The position numbers were made by a program, and so were the translations under genes. Below are positions 29,264 to 37,990 of a DNA stretch of 64,000 nt, piece after piece. The stretch comes from an uncultured Bacteroidales bacterium (lineage in GTDB: Bacteria; Bacteroidota; Bacteroidia; Bacteroidales; FEN-979), in assembly GCA_963768805.1 (NCBI GenBank), contig CAVYJI010000012.1:3305-67304 (forward strand), in the 5' to 3' direction. The notes below the pieces were generated by a model that was not told where the DNA came from, searched no databases, and worked only from the letters and a program-made list of their open reading frames with translations. Position 1 is the first letter of the stretch; each line of letters starts with the position of its first letter.

Positions 29264-29602
29264 TTATCTGCCAGGCTTTCCTGTCACCTTTTTTACAGGT
29301 CTTACCGGTTGCTTTCCTTTCCCTTCCAGCTTTTTGATCCGCGCCTCTAGAGTTTTATAATCTTCCATAGTCACAAGGTTCATCTTTTTAATCGTGGTTT
29401 TCTGGATTTCGGCGATCTGTTTTTCAAGAGCCTTTTTCATCTCTTCCGATTTTTTGATCCAATTATTGACCAGTCTTTTTGCTTCTTCCTTGTTGAGATT
29501 ATTGTCTTTTGCAAATTCTATTGCAGCTTTTTCGATTTTTTCAGTAGTCGAAAACGCAAATTCTACGCCTTTATCAAAGGCCTGCTTCAGATTTTCAAAC
29601 AT
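29264..29602 (-). CDS. Phasin-like coiled-coil protein
   Basis: 112 aa, highly charged and helical. The tail (VTMEDYKTLEARIKKLE) resembles phasin/COG3937-type proteins. The family assignment is tentative. Confidence 0.6.
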   Translation of the reverse strand: MFENLKQAFDKGVEFAFSTTEKIEKAAIEFAKDNNLNKEEAKRLVNNWIKKSEEMKKALEKQIAEIQKTTIKKMNLVTMEDYKTLEARIKKLEGKGKQPVRPVKKVTGKPGR

Positions 29603-29616
29603 GGTTACCTCCTTTT

Positions 29617-30105
29617 TTAACTTTTTGATCGATATTTAATTTTATTCCCCTTCACAATGTTCATTATGTGCATTTCAAGATCGTTCAGGAGTGTCTCATA
29701 ATTTTTTATTTCGGCGAATTTGATCTCATATGCCATAAGGACATTCGGGATATTGCGTACTGATCTTATCAACCGGTCCTTTTGTGATCTCCTGAATTCA
29801 CCTTCCACGATGAGGAGAAAATCCACCTGTTTTATTTCAGGTGCCAAAACGAATTCCTGGTTGCGGTTGGCAACAAGGTAATACGTATTGAAATAATCTT
29901 CATCCGAGTAATAATACAGAGAGAACTCTTCCGGATCCTTTTTGTTGTTCAGGGTGATCTTCAGGTCTTCCATTTTGAGAAGATCAAACCCAAGATGATT
30001 GTTTAGAAGGTAAGATATCCGGTAGTCTTTAACATGGCAGGAAATACCGATTAAGGTAAAGATTGCCGGCTCAGGCCTGACGTCCAAAAGAATTTTCTTT
30101 GACAT
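29617..30105 (-). CDS. IPExxxVDY-family protein
   Basis: 162 aa containing APEIKQVDF, which matches the family's name motif. It sits next to rnc-fabF-acpP, as this family commonly does in Bacteroidota. Confidence 0.72.
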   Translation of the reverse strand: MSKKILLDVRPEPAIFTLIGISCHVKDYRISYLLNNHLGFDLLKMEDLKITLNNKKDPEEFSLYYYSDEDYFNTYYLVANRNQEFVLAPEIKQVDFLLIVEGEFRRSQKDRLIRSVRNIPNVLMAYEIKFAEIKNYETLLNDLEMHIMNIVKGNKIKYRSKS

Positions 30106-30211
30106 TGAGGGGTTTCAATAATAATAACAAATATAATCAAATATAACGGGAAGGTCAAGGGATATATTGAAAAATCAATTTATTTACGCAGGCAGGAGTA
30201 GTTAACCCTGC

Positions 30212-31009
30212 TTATTCTGAATTCTCCTTGGTTAGTTTGTTCCAGGCCTTTTCAGCTGCATTCTGTTCAGCGCCTTTAATGTAAAAGTCCTGTCCACGGC
30301 TCACCGGGACATTGTCAATCAGGATCTCGATGATGTATTGTTTTTTGTATCCTGAGCCGGTTTCCTCCACGACTGAGAAGATAAGTTGTTTTTTTTCTTT
30401 TTGTGCCCATTCGATGATCCTGCTTTTAAAATTCACTTCTTGGGTTACCAGTTCATTGATATTAAAATAATACCTGATGATCCTCTCCAGAAGGATGTGC
30501 CGGGTAAAGCTGTATCCCCTGTCGAGGTACATGGCGCCAACCAGGGCTTCGAAGGCATCACCCTGAAAAGAGCGGTAGATATTGTTGGAAGTGGAATCAA
30601 GCCGGATCAGTTTCTCAAGTCCGAGTTTTTGTGAAAGTTTATTGAGTTGCACACGACTGACAATCTTTGAGCGCATTTCTGTCAGGAAACCTTCGTCTTT
30701 GGTAGGAAAGGTCCTGAACAGGTAATCTGCAATAACGGAATCCAAGATGGCGTCTCCGAGAAATTCAAGGCGTTCATTATTGATCTTTATACCATGTATG
30801 GATGATTCCTTAGCAGATCTATGAAGAAATGCGAGCCGGTACAAAAAGATGTTACGGGGATAGAAACCGAAAATATTCTTTATGGCTTGGTAGAGGTGTT
30901 TATCACGAGAAAAGAAGTAACTGACCGGTGCAAAAATCCTGAACTTCAAGTCGTCACTATTCCTTGAATTTTCTGAAGATAATGGATGCATTATGACCGC
31001 CGAATCCAA
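30212..31009 (-). CDS. rnc: Ribonuclease III
   Basis: Contains the RNase III signature NERLEFLGDA and a C-terminal dsRBD. The ORF maximum overlaps the fabF 3' end by 53 nt. An in-frame TTG at 30949, 7 nt after the fabF stop, is a plausible real start. Confidence 0.9.
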   Translation of the reverse strand: MDSAVIMHPLSSENSRNSDDLKFRIFAPVSYFFSRDKHLYQAIKNIFGFYPRNIFLYRLAFLHRSAKESSIHGIKINNERLEFLGDAILDSVIADYLFRTFPTKDEGFLTEMRSKIVSRVQLNKLSQKLGLEKLIRLDSTSNNIYRSFQGDAFEALVGAMYLDRGYSFTRHILLERIIRYYFNINELVTQEVNFKSRIIEWAQKEKKQLIFSVVEETGSGYKKQYIIEILIDNVPVSRGQDFYIKGAEQNAAEKAWNKLTKENSE

Positions 31010-32210
31010 AAGTGTTGGTCAATGCAGCATTTACAACCCTTTGTTGCGCTTTATTGAATGTAAAGTTCAGTTTGTTGTCAATCTCAGGATCATCTGTGAA
31101 ATGATTGATGGTCGGGGGAATAATATCATTCTTTACAGCCAGGATTGCGGCAATAGATTCGATGGCGCCTGCTGCACCCAACAGGTGGCCTGTCATGGAT
31201 TTGGTTGAATTGATCCCAATTTTGTAAGCATGTTCCCTGAACAGTGACTGGATGGCTTTTGGTTCGACGATATCTCCCAGTGGGGTTGAGGTTCCATGAG
31301 TATTGATGTGATCGATATCGGTCAGGTTCATTTCTGCGTCTTCGAGGGCAGCCCGCATAGCGAGCAGAGCACCTAAGCCTTCGGGATGAGGCTGGGTCAT
31401 GTGGAAAGCATCACCTGATAAGCCTGCGCCGGCTACTTCACTATAAATCTTCGCACCACGGTTCAGGGCATGTTCCAGCTCTTCCAATATCAGTACTCCT
31501 GCACCTTCACCGATCACAAATCCATCACGGTCTTTATCGTATGGACGTGATGCAGTGGCAGGATCATCGTTTCGTGTTGAAAGGGCATGCATGGCATTAA
31601 AACCTCCCACACCTGCAGGATTAAGAGCGGCTTCGGATCCGCCTGCCACGAAAACATCTGCCTTGTTCAACCGGATGTAGTTGAATGCATCGGCCAATGC
31701 GTTTGCTGAAGAGGCGCAGGCAGAAACCGTACAAAAATTCGGGCCCCTGAATTCATATTTGATGGAAATATGTCCTGCCGTAATATCTGATATCATTTTC
31801 GGGATAAAGAACGGATTGAAACGAGGTGTTCCATCACCCTCCAAGAAATTCTTCACTTCACTGATCAGGGTATCCAGACCGCCAATCCCTGATGCCATAA
31901 TAACACCAACGCGATTACGATCCAGCTTATCCATAATGAACGCCGCATCATTCACGGCCTCATCGGCAGCAATCAAACCGAAATGGCAGTATATATCGTA
32001 CTTCCTGACTTCTTTCCTGTCAAAATAGTTTTCTGCATTAAAGTTCTTTACTTCGCAAGCAAATTGTGTCTTGAATTTGGAAGCATCGAACCGTGTGATA
32101 GGACCTGCACCATTGACCCCATCGATCAATCCTTTCCAATATTCCTCTTTAGTATTGCCGATCGGGGTCAAGGCCCCGATTCCGGTTACAACAACTCGAC
32201 GAAATTTCAC
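30957..32210 (-). CDS. fabF: 3-oxoacyl-ACP synthase II
   Basis: 417 aa with a GTG start. It has the active-site context ACASS, two His motifs (HGTSTP, GHLLGAAG) and a GFGGHN tail. Confidence 0.97.
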   Translation of the reverse strand: MKFRRVVVTGIGALTPIGNTKEEYWKGLIDGVNGAGPITRFDASKFKTQFACEVKNFNAENYFDRKEVRKYDIYCHFGLIAADEAVNDAAFIMDKLDRNRVGVIMASGIGGLDTLISEVKNFLEGDGTPRFNPFFIPKMISDITAGHISIKYEFRGPNFCTVSACASSANALADAFNYIRLNKADVFVAGGSEAALNPAGVGGFNAMHALSTRNDDPATASRPYDKDRDGFVIGEGAGVLILEELEHALNRGAKIYSEVAGAGLSGDAFHMTQPHPEGLGALLAMRAALEDAEMNLTDIDHINTHGTSTPLGDIVEPKAIQSLFREHAYKIGINSTKSMTGHLLGAAGAIESIAAILAVKNDIIPPTINHFTDDPEIDNKLNFTFNKAQQRVVNAALTNTFGFGGHNASIIFRKFKE

Positions 32211-32242
32211 GTGAATCGGGTTTAATGTACATTCTAAACAGG

Positions 32243-32265
32243 AATCCCTCCGATTTGGAGGGATT
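32243..32265 (-). promoter_or_regulatory. Inter-cistronic 9-bp hairpin between acpP and fabF
   Basis: AATCCCTCC-GATTT-GGAGGGATT forms a perfect 9-bp stem, 32 nt upstream of the fabF GTG. It has no clean U-run on the minus strand, so I read it as an attenuator or processing hairpin rather than a full terminator. Confidence 0.4.
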
Positions 32266-32326
32266 TTATTTTCTTATCAGGAATAAATTACAACCCAAAT
32301 CAGGTATTCAAGAGTAAATAAATACC

Positions 32327-32563
32327 TTATTTGGTGTTGTTTTCGATGTAAGCAATCGCTTCGCCAACAGTACCGATCTTTTCCGCCTGGTCATCCGGAA
32401 TGGCAATATCAAATTCTTTTTCGAATTCCATGATCAGTTCTACGGTATCGAGAGAGTCAGCGCCGAGATCATTTGTGAAACTTGCTTCAGGTGTAACTTC
32501 ATTTTCGTCAACACCGAGCTTATCAACAATGATAGCTTTAACTTTTGATGCAATGTCAGACAT
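32327..32563 (-). CDS. acpP: Acyl carrier protein
   Basis: The internal ATG at 32563 gives a 78-aa protein, [18 protein letters not shown]...[16 protein letters not shown], with the phosphopantetheine Ser in DSLD. Confidence 0.97.
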   Translation of the reverse strand: MSDIASKVKAIIVDKLGVDENEVTPEASFTNDLGADSLDTVELIMEFEKEFDIAIPDDQAEKIGTVGEAIAYIENNTK

Positions 32564-32763
32564 GATTTTTCCTTTTTTGGTTAAACGGATTGCAAAGAAA
32601 TACATTTTATCGGTACAAACCAACAATATTTAAGATTTTTTAACATTTGGAAAAAACAATAATTTGATTTTCAATTGCTTAAAAACAGTACTACCCTGAA
32701 TTGTTAAAATTATGCCTGTTCACCCGGTTTTAAAATAATCACAGGAAAGATCGTATGCTTTCT

Positions 32764-32771
32764 TATTTTTG
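32764..32771 (+). promoter_or_regulatory. -7 promoter box (TATTTTTG) upstream of purN
   Basis: Exact TAnnTTTG, 26 nt upstream of the ATG at 32797. Confidence 0.4.
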
Positions 32772-32796
32772 CAGATAATAATTTTCCCTTTTGAGA

Positions 32797-33384
32797 ATGA
32801 TCAAGATTGCCATTTTCGCTTCAGGCAGCGGCACGAATGCCCAAAGGATCGCGGAATATTTCCAGGAAAGGCGGGGTCTTATATCTGTCGACCTGATCCT
32901 CTCAAATAAGCAGGATGCCTTTGTTCTTGAAAGGGCAAAAAAACTTGGTATACAGTGTGTGATCTTTTCGCGTAAGGAATTTTATGAGAGTTCATATATC
33001 CTTGATCTTCTGAAAGAGCATGAGACAGAGTATATCATCCTGGCCGGGTTTCTGTGGCTTGTTCCTGATCCCATTCTGAAAGCATATCCCAGCAGGATAC
33101 TTAATATTCATCCTGCTCTATTACCAAAGTATGGAGGAAAAGGAATGTTCGGGATGAAGGTTCATGAGGCCGTCATTTCCGGTCATGATAAAGAATCAGG
33201 CATCACGATCCATCTTGTCAATGAAAGGTATGATGAAGGACAGATCCTTTTCCAGGCAAAATGCACCGTTGACGATTCAGACATAGCGGAGAGCCTGGCA
33301 GGAAAAATTCATGCTCTTGAATACAATTATTTCCCAAAGGTGATCGAAGATTATATCCTGAGAGGCACTTCCTTAAAGGAGTGA
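32797..33384 (+). CDS. purN: Phosphoribosylglycinamide formyltransferase
   Basis: MIKIAIFASGSGTNAQ N-terminus and NIHPALLPKYGG motif. The ORF-track start at 32791 is a TTG two codons upstream. Confidence 0.93.
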   Translation: MIKIAIFASGSGTNAQRIAEYFQERRGLISVDLILSNKQDAFVLERAKKLGIQCVIFSRKEFYESSYILDLLKEHETEYIILAGFLWLVPDPILKAYPSRILNIHPALLPKYGGKGMFGMKVHEAVISGHDKESGITIHLVNERYDEGQILFQAKCTVDDSDIAESLAGKIHALEYNYFPKVIEDYILRGTSLKE

Positions 33385-33455
33385 AGAAATATTTTCAGTG
33401 AATAACAATTATCATAAACAAGACAACCATAATCTGAAACAATAATCTTAAAATC

Positions 33456-33890
33456 ATGAAAAGAAAATCGACAGCCATATGGCAAGGCACAGGTCTGGAA
33501 GGTAAGGGAACTTTGACTTCCACAAGCGGAGTACTGAATAATACACCCTACTCTTTCACTACCAGGTTTAAGAATGAAGAGGGCAAGGCAGGAACCAATC
33601 CCGAGGAACTTATTGCAGCAGCCCATGCAGGTTGTTTCACGATGGCGCTGAGTTTCCAGCTTAACAAAGAAGGATTCACGGCAAATGAGCTGAAGACCGA
33701 AGCAGCAGTAGCTATTGAACAAATTGGTGACCACTGGGAGATCAAATCGGTTCACCTCGACCTGATCGGTGAGGTTCCCGGTCTCACTACTGAGAGATTC
33801 ATCGAACTGGCAGGCGTGGCAAAAGCAAACTGCCCGGTTTCCATGGCTTTGAAAGCCATTGAGATCACACTGACGGCAAAATTGAAATAG
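33456..33890 (+). CDS. osmC: OsmC-family peroxiredoxin
   Basis: 144 aa with two conserved Cys contexts (AAHAGCF, KANCPVS). Confidence 0.9.
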   Translation: MKRKSTAIWQGTGLEGKGTLTSTSGVLNNTPYSFTTRFKNEEGKAGTNPEELIAAAHAGCFTMALSFQLNKEGFTANELKTEAAVAIEQIGDHWEIKSVHLDLIGEVPGLTTERFIELAGVAKANCPVSMALKAIEITLTAKLK

Positions 33891-33894
33891 TAAT

Positions 33895-35232
33895 TTATTT
33901 TAGCTTTTCCCTAAGTTTCTTTCCTTCTTCTTCAAAGCCCGGCTTATCGATAAGAGCGAACATATTCTTTTTATATGCTTCGACGCCGGGTTGATCAAAT
34001 GGGTTTACCCCCAGCAGATAACCACTAAGGGCACATGCAAATTCAAAGAAATAAATCAGCCCGCCCAGGGTCTCCTCATTCAATTCTCTTACCGAGATCC
34101 TTATGTTGGGAACGCCGCCATCGACATGGGCAAGCATCGTACCCATTTCCGCCATGTGGTTGATATCAGTCAGACGTTTACCAGCAAGGAAATTCAGGCC
34201 ATCAGCATCCTTATCCTCAAAGGGAACGTTCAATTCTCTCCATGAGTTCTTAACGGACAGGATGGTCTCAAACATCATTCTCGTCCCATCCTGGATATAC
34301 TGTCCCATGGAATGAAGGTCGGTTGTATAATTTACACCTGCAGGGAATATACCTTTACTCATTTTACCTTCACTCTCACCGTAAAGTTGTTTCCACCATT
34401 CAGTAAGATAGTAAAGATTGGGCAGGTAGTTCACGAGAATCTCGACGGTTTTGCCAGATTGATACAAGGCATTGCGGATGGCGGCATATTTTACAGCCGG
34501 GTTTTTCCCGGGATCCGGTGATGCCAGACATATCTCCATCATTTTACGAGCGCCATGGATCAGTTTGTCAATGTCAAAGCCTGCCACTGCAATCGGGAGA
34601 AGACCCACCGGAGTAAGAACAGAGTATCTTCCTCCTATATCATCAGGGATCGGATAAGTAGGATATCCTTCATTGACCGATAACTTTATCAAAGCCCCGT
34701 GCTCAGCATCTGTAATAGCATAGATGCGCTGTGCCGCTTCTTTTCTGCCATATTTTTTTTCCGTAAAGGATTTGATGATCCGAAATGCAACGGCAGGTTC
34801 GGTGGTCGTCCCCGATTTTGAGATCACTGCAACACTATAATCATATTGTTCAAGAATATCCATCAGTCCTGCATGATAGTCTTCACTAAGATTCTCCCCG
34901 GCAAAAAGGACCACAGGTTTTTTTCTGTCGCGGATCAATGGAAGGAAAGGATGGCTAAGGCAATCGATCACTGCCCTAGCGCCCAGGTAAGATCCGCCGA
35001 TGCCGATGACCACAAATACCCGGGACCGGGACCTGATCTTTTCTGCATCGGCTTTGATCCTTCGGAGGATTGCAGGATCCTGTACTTCCGGCAGTTTCAT
35101 CCAGCCCAGGAAATCATTTCCCGGTCCGGTGCCTGTTATCAAGGACCTGTGGAGCGACTCCAGCGCTATTTCATTCTGTTCAATCCTTTCCCTGCCGGCA
35201 AAGGAAATAGCTTTACTGATATCTATTTTCAT
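33895..35232 (-). CDS. pgi: Glucose-6-phosphate isomerase
   Basis: 445 aa with IGIGGSYLG, SKSGTTTEP and GGRYSV blocks. Confidence 0.96.
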   Translation of the reverse strand: MKIDISKAISFAGRERIEQNEIALESLHRSLITGTGPGNDFLGWMKLPEVQDPAILRRIKADAEKIRSRSRVFVVIGIGGSYLGARAVIDCLSHPFLPLIRDRKKPVVLFAGENLSEDYHAGLMDILEQYDYSVAVISKSGTTTEPAVAFRIIKSFTEKKYGRKEAAQRIYAITDAEHGALIKLSVNEGYPTYPIPDDIGGRYSVLTPVGLLPIAVAGFDIDKLIHGARKMMEICLASPDPGKNPAVKYAAIRNALYQSGKTVEILVNYLPNLYYLTEWWKQLYGESEGKMSKGIFPAGVNYTTDLHSMGQYIQDGTRMMFETILSVKNSWRELNVPFEDKDADGLNFLAGKRLTDINHMAEMGTMLAHVDGGVPNIRISVRELNEETLGGLIYFFEFACALSGYLLGVNPFDQPGVEAYKKNMFALIDKPGFEEEGKKLREKLK

Positions 35233-35288
35233 TGGGGTTCGTTTTGTTCCTGATTGAAGACGAAAGTACTATTTTGAAGGGAATATAC

Positions 35289-35322
35289 AAAAAAAAAGTG
35301 CCCGCCTCGGCGGGCACTTTTT
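35289..35322. terminator. Strong orphan intrinsic terminator (bidirectional; best on the minus strand)
   Basis: GTGCCCG-CCTCGG-CGGGCAC hairpin (35298-35317), flanked by A9 on the left (T9 on the minus strand) and T5 on the right. It sits upstream of the pgi start, with no annotated gene feeding into it. Confidence 0.75.
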
Positions 35323-35422
35323 ACTCAATCAATAAACAAAACTTTTAATCAGATAATTCGTACAAACTCACATTAGCCAAAAAAGAACTACTGGTATTTC
35401 ATTTGCTCTCTCGTTTTTTCCA
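35289..35422 (-). ncRNA. Candidate ~130-nt small RNA (hypothetical)
   Basis: A minus-strand TATCTTTG (TAnnTTTG) box at 35436-35429 lies ~130 nt upstream of the terminator at 35289-35322. The interval has no ORF longer than 4 codons. This rests on a promoter-plus-terminator argument only. Confidence 0.25.
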
Positions 35423-35629
35423 GTACGACAAAGATACTTTGTAAACAGGGGTTATATTGTTAAGGAATATTAATTTACGTTAAAAATTGTTAAAAGTCAA
35501 TCTGAAGGGGACTGTATTGTAAAAGCATATCAAATTGCCCTCCTGAAAAGAGAGCAGTGAACTCAGAAGATCGTGACAAACAAAAGAGGTCAACATGAGA
35601 GTTTTTAAAAGGTGAGATATGAACAGTGG

Positions 35630-35653
35630 GTATGAGTATGGGTATGGGTATAA
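35630..35653. repeat. Hexamer microsatellite (GTATGR x4)
   Basis: gtatga gtatgg gtatgg gtataa, read directly. Confidence 0.6.
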
Positions 35654-35790
35654 TCTGTAAGAAAGAAAAGTGACAAAGTGGCAGAAAATAAGCGCCAAAA
35701 AGTGGTTTTACTGACAAATGAGTGATGTTTAGGTTGTTAACGACCAGCTATTATGTTTTGGTTTGGGGTTCTATAAGCATATACACCAAG

Positions 35791-35845
35791 TATAGTTTAA
35801 TTATAGTTTAATTATAGGATGAGTATAGGAAGGGTATAGGACGAG
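35791..35845. repeat. Tandem array, 5 units of exactly 11 bp with a TATAG core
   Basis: TATAG starts at 35791, 35802, 35813, 35824 and 35835. The units are tatagtttaat x2, tataggatgag, tataggaaggg, tataggacgag. Confidence 0.8.
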
Positions 35846-35962
35846 TTGATAAATGGCTGGAAATGTAATAGTTAACGATTGATAGGACTGGAATATAACA
35901 GATTATCAGAGAGTTACAAGATAAAAAAAGGCACACTATGACAAAATGTCATCAAAATAATG

Positions 35963-35970
35963 TACTTTTG
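35963..35970 (+). promoter_or_regulatory. -7 promoter box (TACTTTTG) abutting the histidine kinase start codon
   Basis: Exact TAnnTTTG, ending 5 nt before the ATG at 35976. Confidence 0.35.
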
Positions 35971-35975
35971 TAGAA

Positions 35976-37256
35976 ATGAATCGCAGGATCATTATTTTTA
36001 CCATAATAGTGATGACCATCGCCCTGATCGGGTTGATGGGAATACAGATTTACTGGATAACTAATGCTTCGGCGGTTAAAGAGGCTTCCTTTCAGCGGAC
36101 GGTAACAGATGTCCTGGGCAAAGTAGTCAATCAGGTCGAAAAGCTCGAAAAACGCAAGGCATCGGAAGCGAATCCTTACCAGGGAATGTTGAACTTCAAC
36201 CGTCACCTGCCTTACGAACGATTTATCACTGAGCAGGTAATGGATTCACTGATCCTTCAGGAGTTGAACCTGCATGGCATAGACACACGCTTTGAATTCG
36301 GTATCTACAATCCAGAAAAAGACACCTTTCTGATTGAAAAGGATCCCGGGATTCATAAGTCCCTGATTGAAAAAGGATCCGCTGCCCGTCTTTTTATCAG
36401 TGATATTTACACTTCACCGGAGTACCTTCTTCTCTATTTTCCAAATGAAAAACAATTTCTCCTTACTGAACTCTGGGGGATGATGCTGATCTCGATCATT
36501 CTTATCATTGTCATTGTCTATTCATTTACTTACACTATTACAACAATATTCCGCCAGAAGAAATTGTCGGAGATGAAAAATGACTTCATAAATAACATGA
36601 CGCATGAATTCAAAACACCGATCTCCACGATCTCACTGGCATGTGAGGCACTGACGGATACCAGTATAGCCCGGTCGCCGGAGTTCACTAACAATTACAT
36701 TAATATCATCCTTGAGGAGAACAAGCGACTTGCTATGATGGCTGAGAAGATCCTTCAGTCAGCAGTAATTGAGAAAGGGCAACTGAAGATGAAGCAGGAA
36801 CGGATCAATCTGCATGAAATAATTACAGACGTCATTAAAAATATCCGCATACAGGTAGAGATCAAGGACGGGGTAATAAGAAAACAATGCAAGGCGGCAA
36901 ACCCGGTGTTGACGGGTGACAAGGTACATCTTACTAATCTTGTTTACAACCTCCTGGACAATGCGAACAAATATTCTCCCAAAAAACCCGTTATAACAGT
37001 ACGAACTGAGAACACATCCAATGGAATCCTCTTAACGATTGAAGACCATGGTATCGGCATCAGCAAGGGAGAACAAAAGAAGATATTTGATAAGTTATAC
37101 AGGGTTCCAACGGGAAACATACAGGATGTAAGGGGTTTTGGGTTGGGGCTAAGTTATGTCAAGGCAATTGTGGAAGAACATCACGGGAGGATAAGTGTTG
37201 ACAGTGAAATCAATAAAGGAACCAAGTTCAAGGTTTTCCTGCCATTTACAGATTGA
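35976..37256 (+). CDS. Sensor histidine kinase
   Basis: 426 aa with two TM segments, H-box NMTHEFKTP, an N-box (LLDNANKY) and a G-box (GFGLGLSYV). Confidence 0.92.
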   Translation: MNRRIIIFTIIVMTIALIGLMGIQIYWITNASAVKEASFQRTVTDVLGKVVNQVEKLEKRKASEANPYQGMLNFNRHLPYERFITEQVMDSLILQELNLHGIDTRFEFGIYNPEKDTFLIEKDPGIHKSLIEKGSAARLFISDIYTSPEYLLLYFPNEKQFLLTELWGMMLISIILIIVIVYSFTYTITTIFRQKKLSEMKNDFINNMTHEFKTPISTISLACEALTDTSIARSPEFTNNYINIILEENKRLAMMAEKILQSAVIEKGQLKMKQERINLHEIITDVIKNIRIQVEIKDGVIRKQCKAANPVLTGDKVHLTNLVYNLLDNANKYSPKKPVITVRTENTSNGILLTIEDHGIGISKGEQKKIFDKLYRVPTGNIQDVRGFGLGLSYVKAIVEEHHGRISVDSEINKGTKFKVFLPFTD

Positions 37257-37283
37257 TCAATAATCTAACCAGATACCAGGGAA

Positions 37284-37985
37284 ATGGAAAAAAATCAGGC
37301 GCGTATACTTCTTGCAGAAGACGACAAAAACCTCGGAAACATTCTGAAGAATTTCCTTGATGCAAAAGGATATTCCACGACACTTTGCATTAATGGCCAG
37401 GAGGCGGTTGAAGCATTTCAAAAGAAAGAATTTGATTTTTGCATTCTCGATATAATGATGCCGGTCAGGGATGGATTTTCAGTAGCCAAAGAGATCCGTT
37501 ATTCAAACCCAAAGATCCCGATCATGTTCCTTACTGCAAAATCATTACAGGAGGACAAGCTGAAAGGATTTGAGACGGGGGCTGATGATTATATGACCAA
37601 GCCCTTCAATATGGAAGAGCTTCTGATGCGTTTGCAGGCGATCCTCCGAAGAACAGAAGATCCGGGGCGGGCTGGTGAGAACGAGAATAATTTCCAGGTT
37701 GGCAAGTATAGTTTCGATTTTAATCGTCAAATCCTGTCCATAAAAGGGAAAGAGCAGAAACTCACTTCGAAGGAGGCCGGGCTCCTTCGTTTACTTTGCA
37801 GCAATGCGAATGAGGTGCTCGAACGCAGCACTGCCCTGAACAAGATCTGGAATGATGACAGTTATTTCAATGCCCGCAGCATGGATGTTTATATTGTCAA
37901 GCTGAGAAAGTACCTGAAAGAGGACCCCTCGGTGGAACTACTTAATGTTCACGGGATCGGGTTCAAGCTTGTCATGAACAAATAA
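37284..37985 (+). CDS. OmpR/PhoB-type response regulator
   Basis: 233 aa with a receiver domain (LLAEDD, ILDIMMP, LTAK) and a winged-helix output domain (LT.KE..LL..L, VYI..LRKKL-like). Confidence 0.95.
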   Translation: MEKNQARILLAEDDKNLGNILKNFLDAKGYSTTLCINGQEAVEAFQKKEFDFCILDIMMPVRDGFSVAKEIRYSNPKIPIMFLTAKSLQEDKLKGFETGADDYMTKPFNMEELLMRLQAILRRTEDPGRAGENENNFQVGKYSFDFNRQILSIKGKEQKLTSKEAGLLRLLCSNANEVLERSTALNKIWNDDSYFNARSMDVYIVKLRKYLKEDPSVELLNVHGIGFKLVMNK

Positions 37986-37990
37986 GGCAA

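Noticed and set aside
35480-35717. Tracked minus-strand ORFs 35480..35698 and 35490..35717 in the long intergenic region.
   Set aside because: They overlap each other in different frames. They translate to low-complexity Leu/Phe/Ser/Tyr/Pro strings driven by the GTATGG microsatellite, and they have no recognisable motif.
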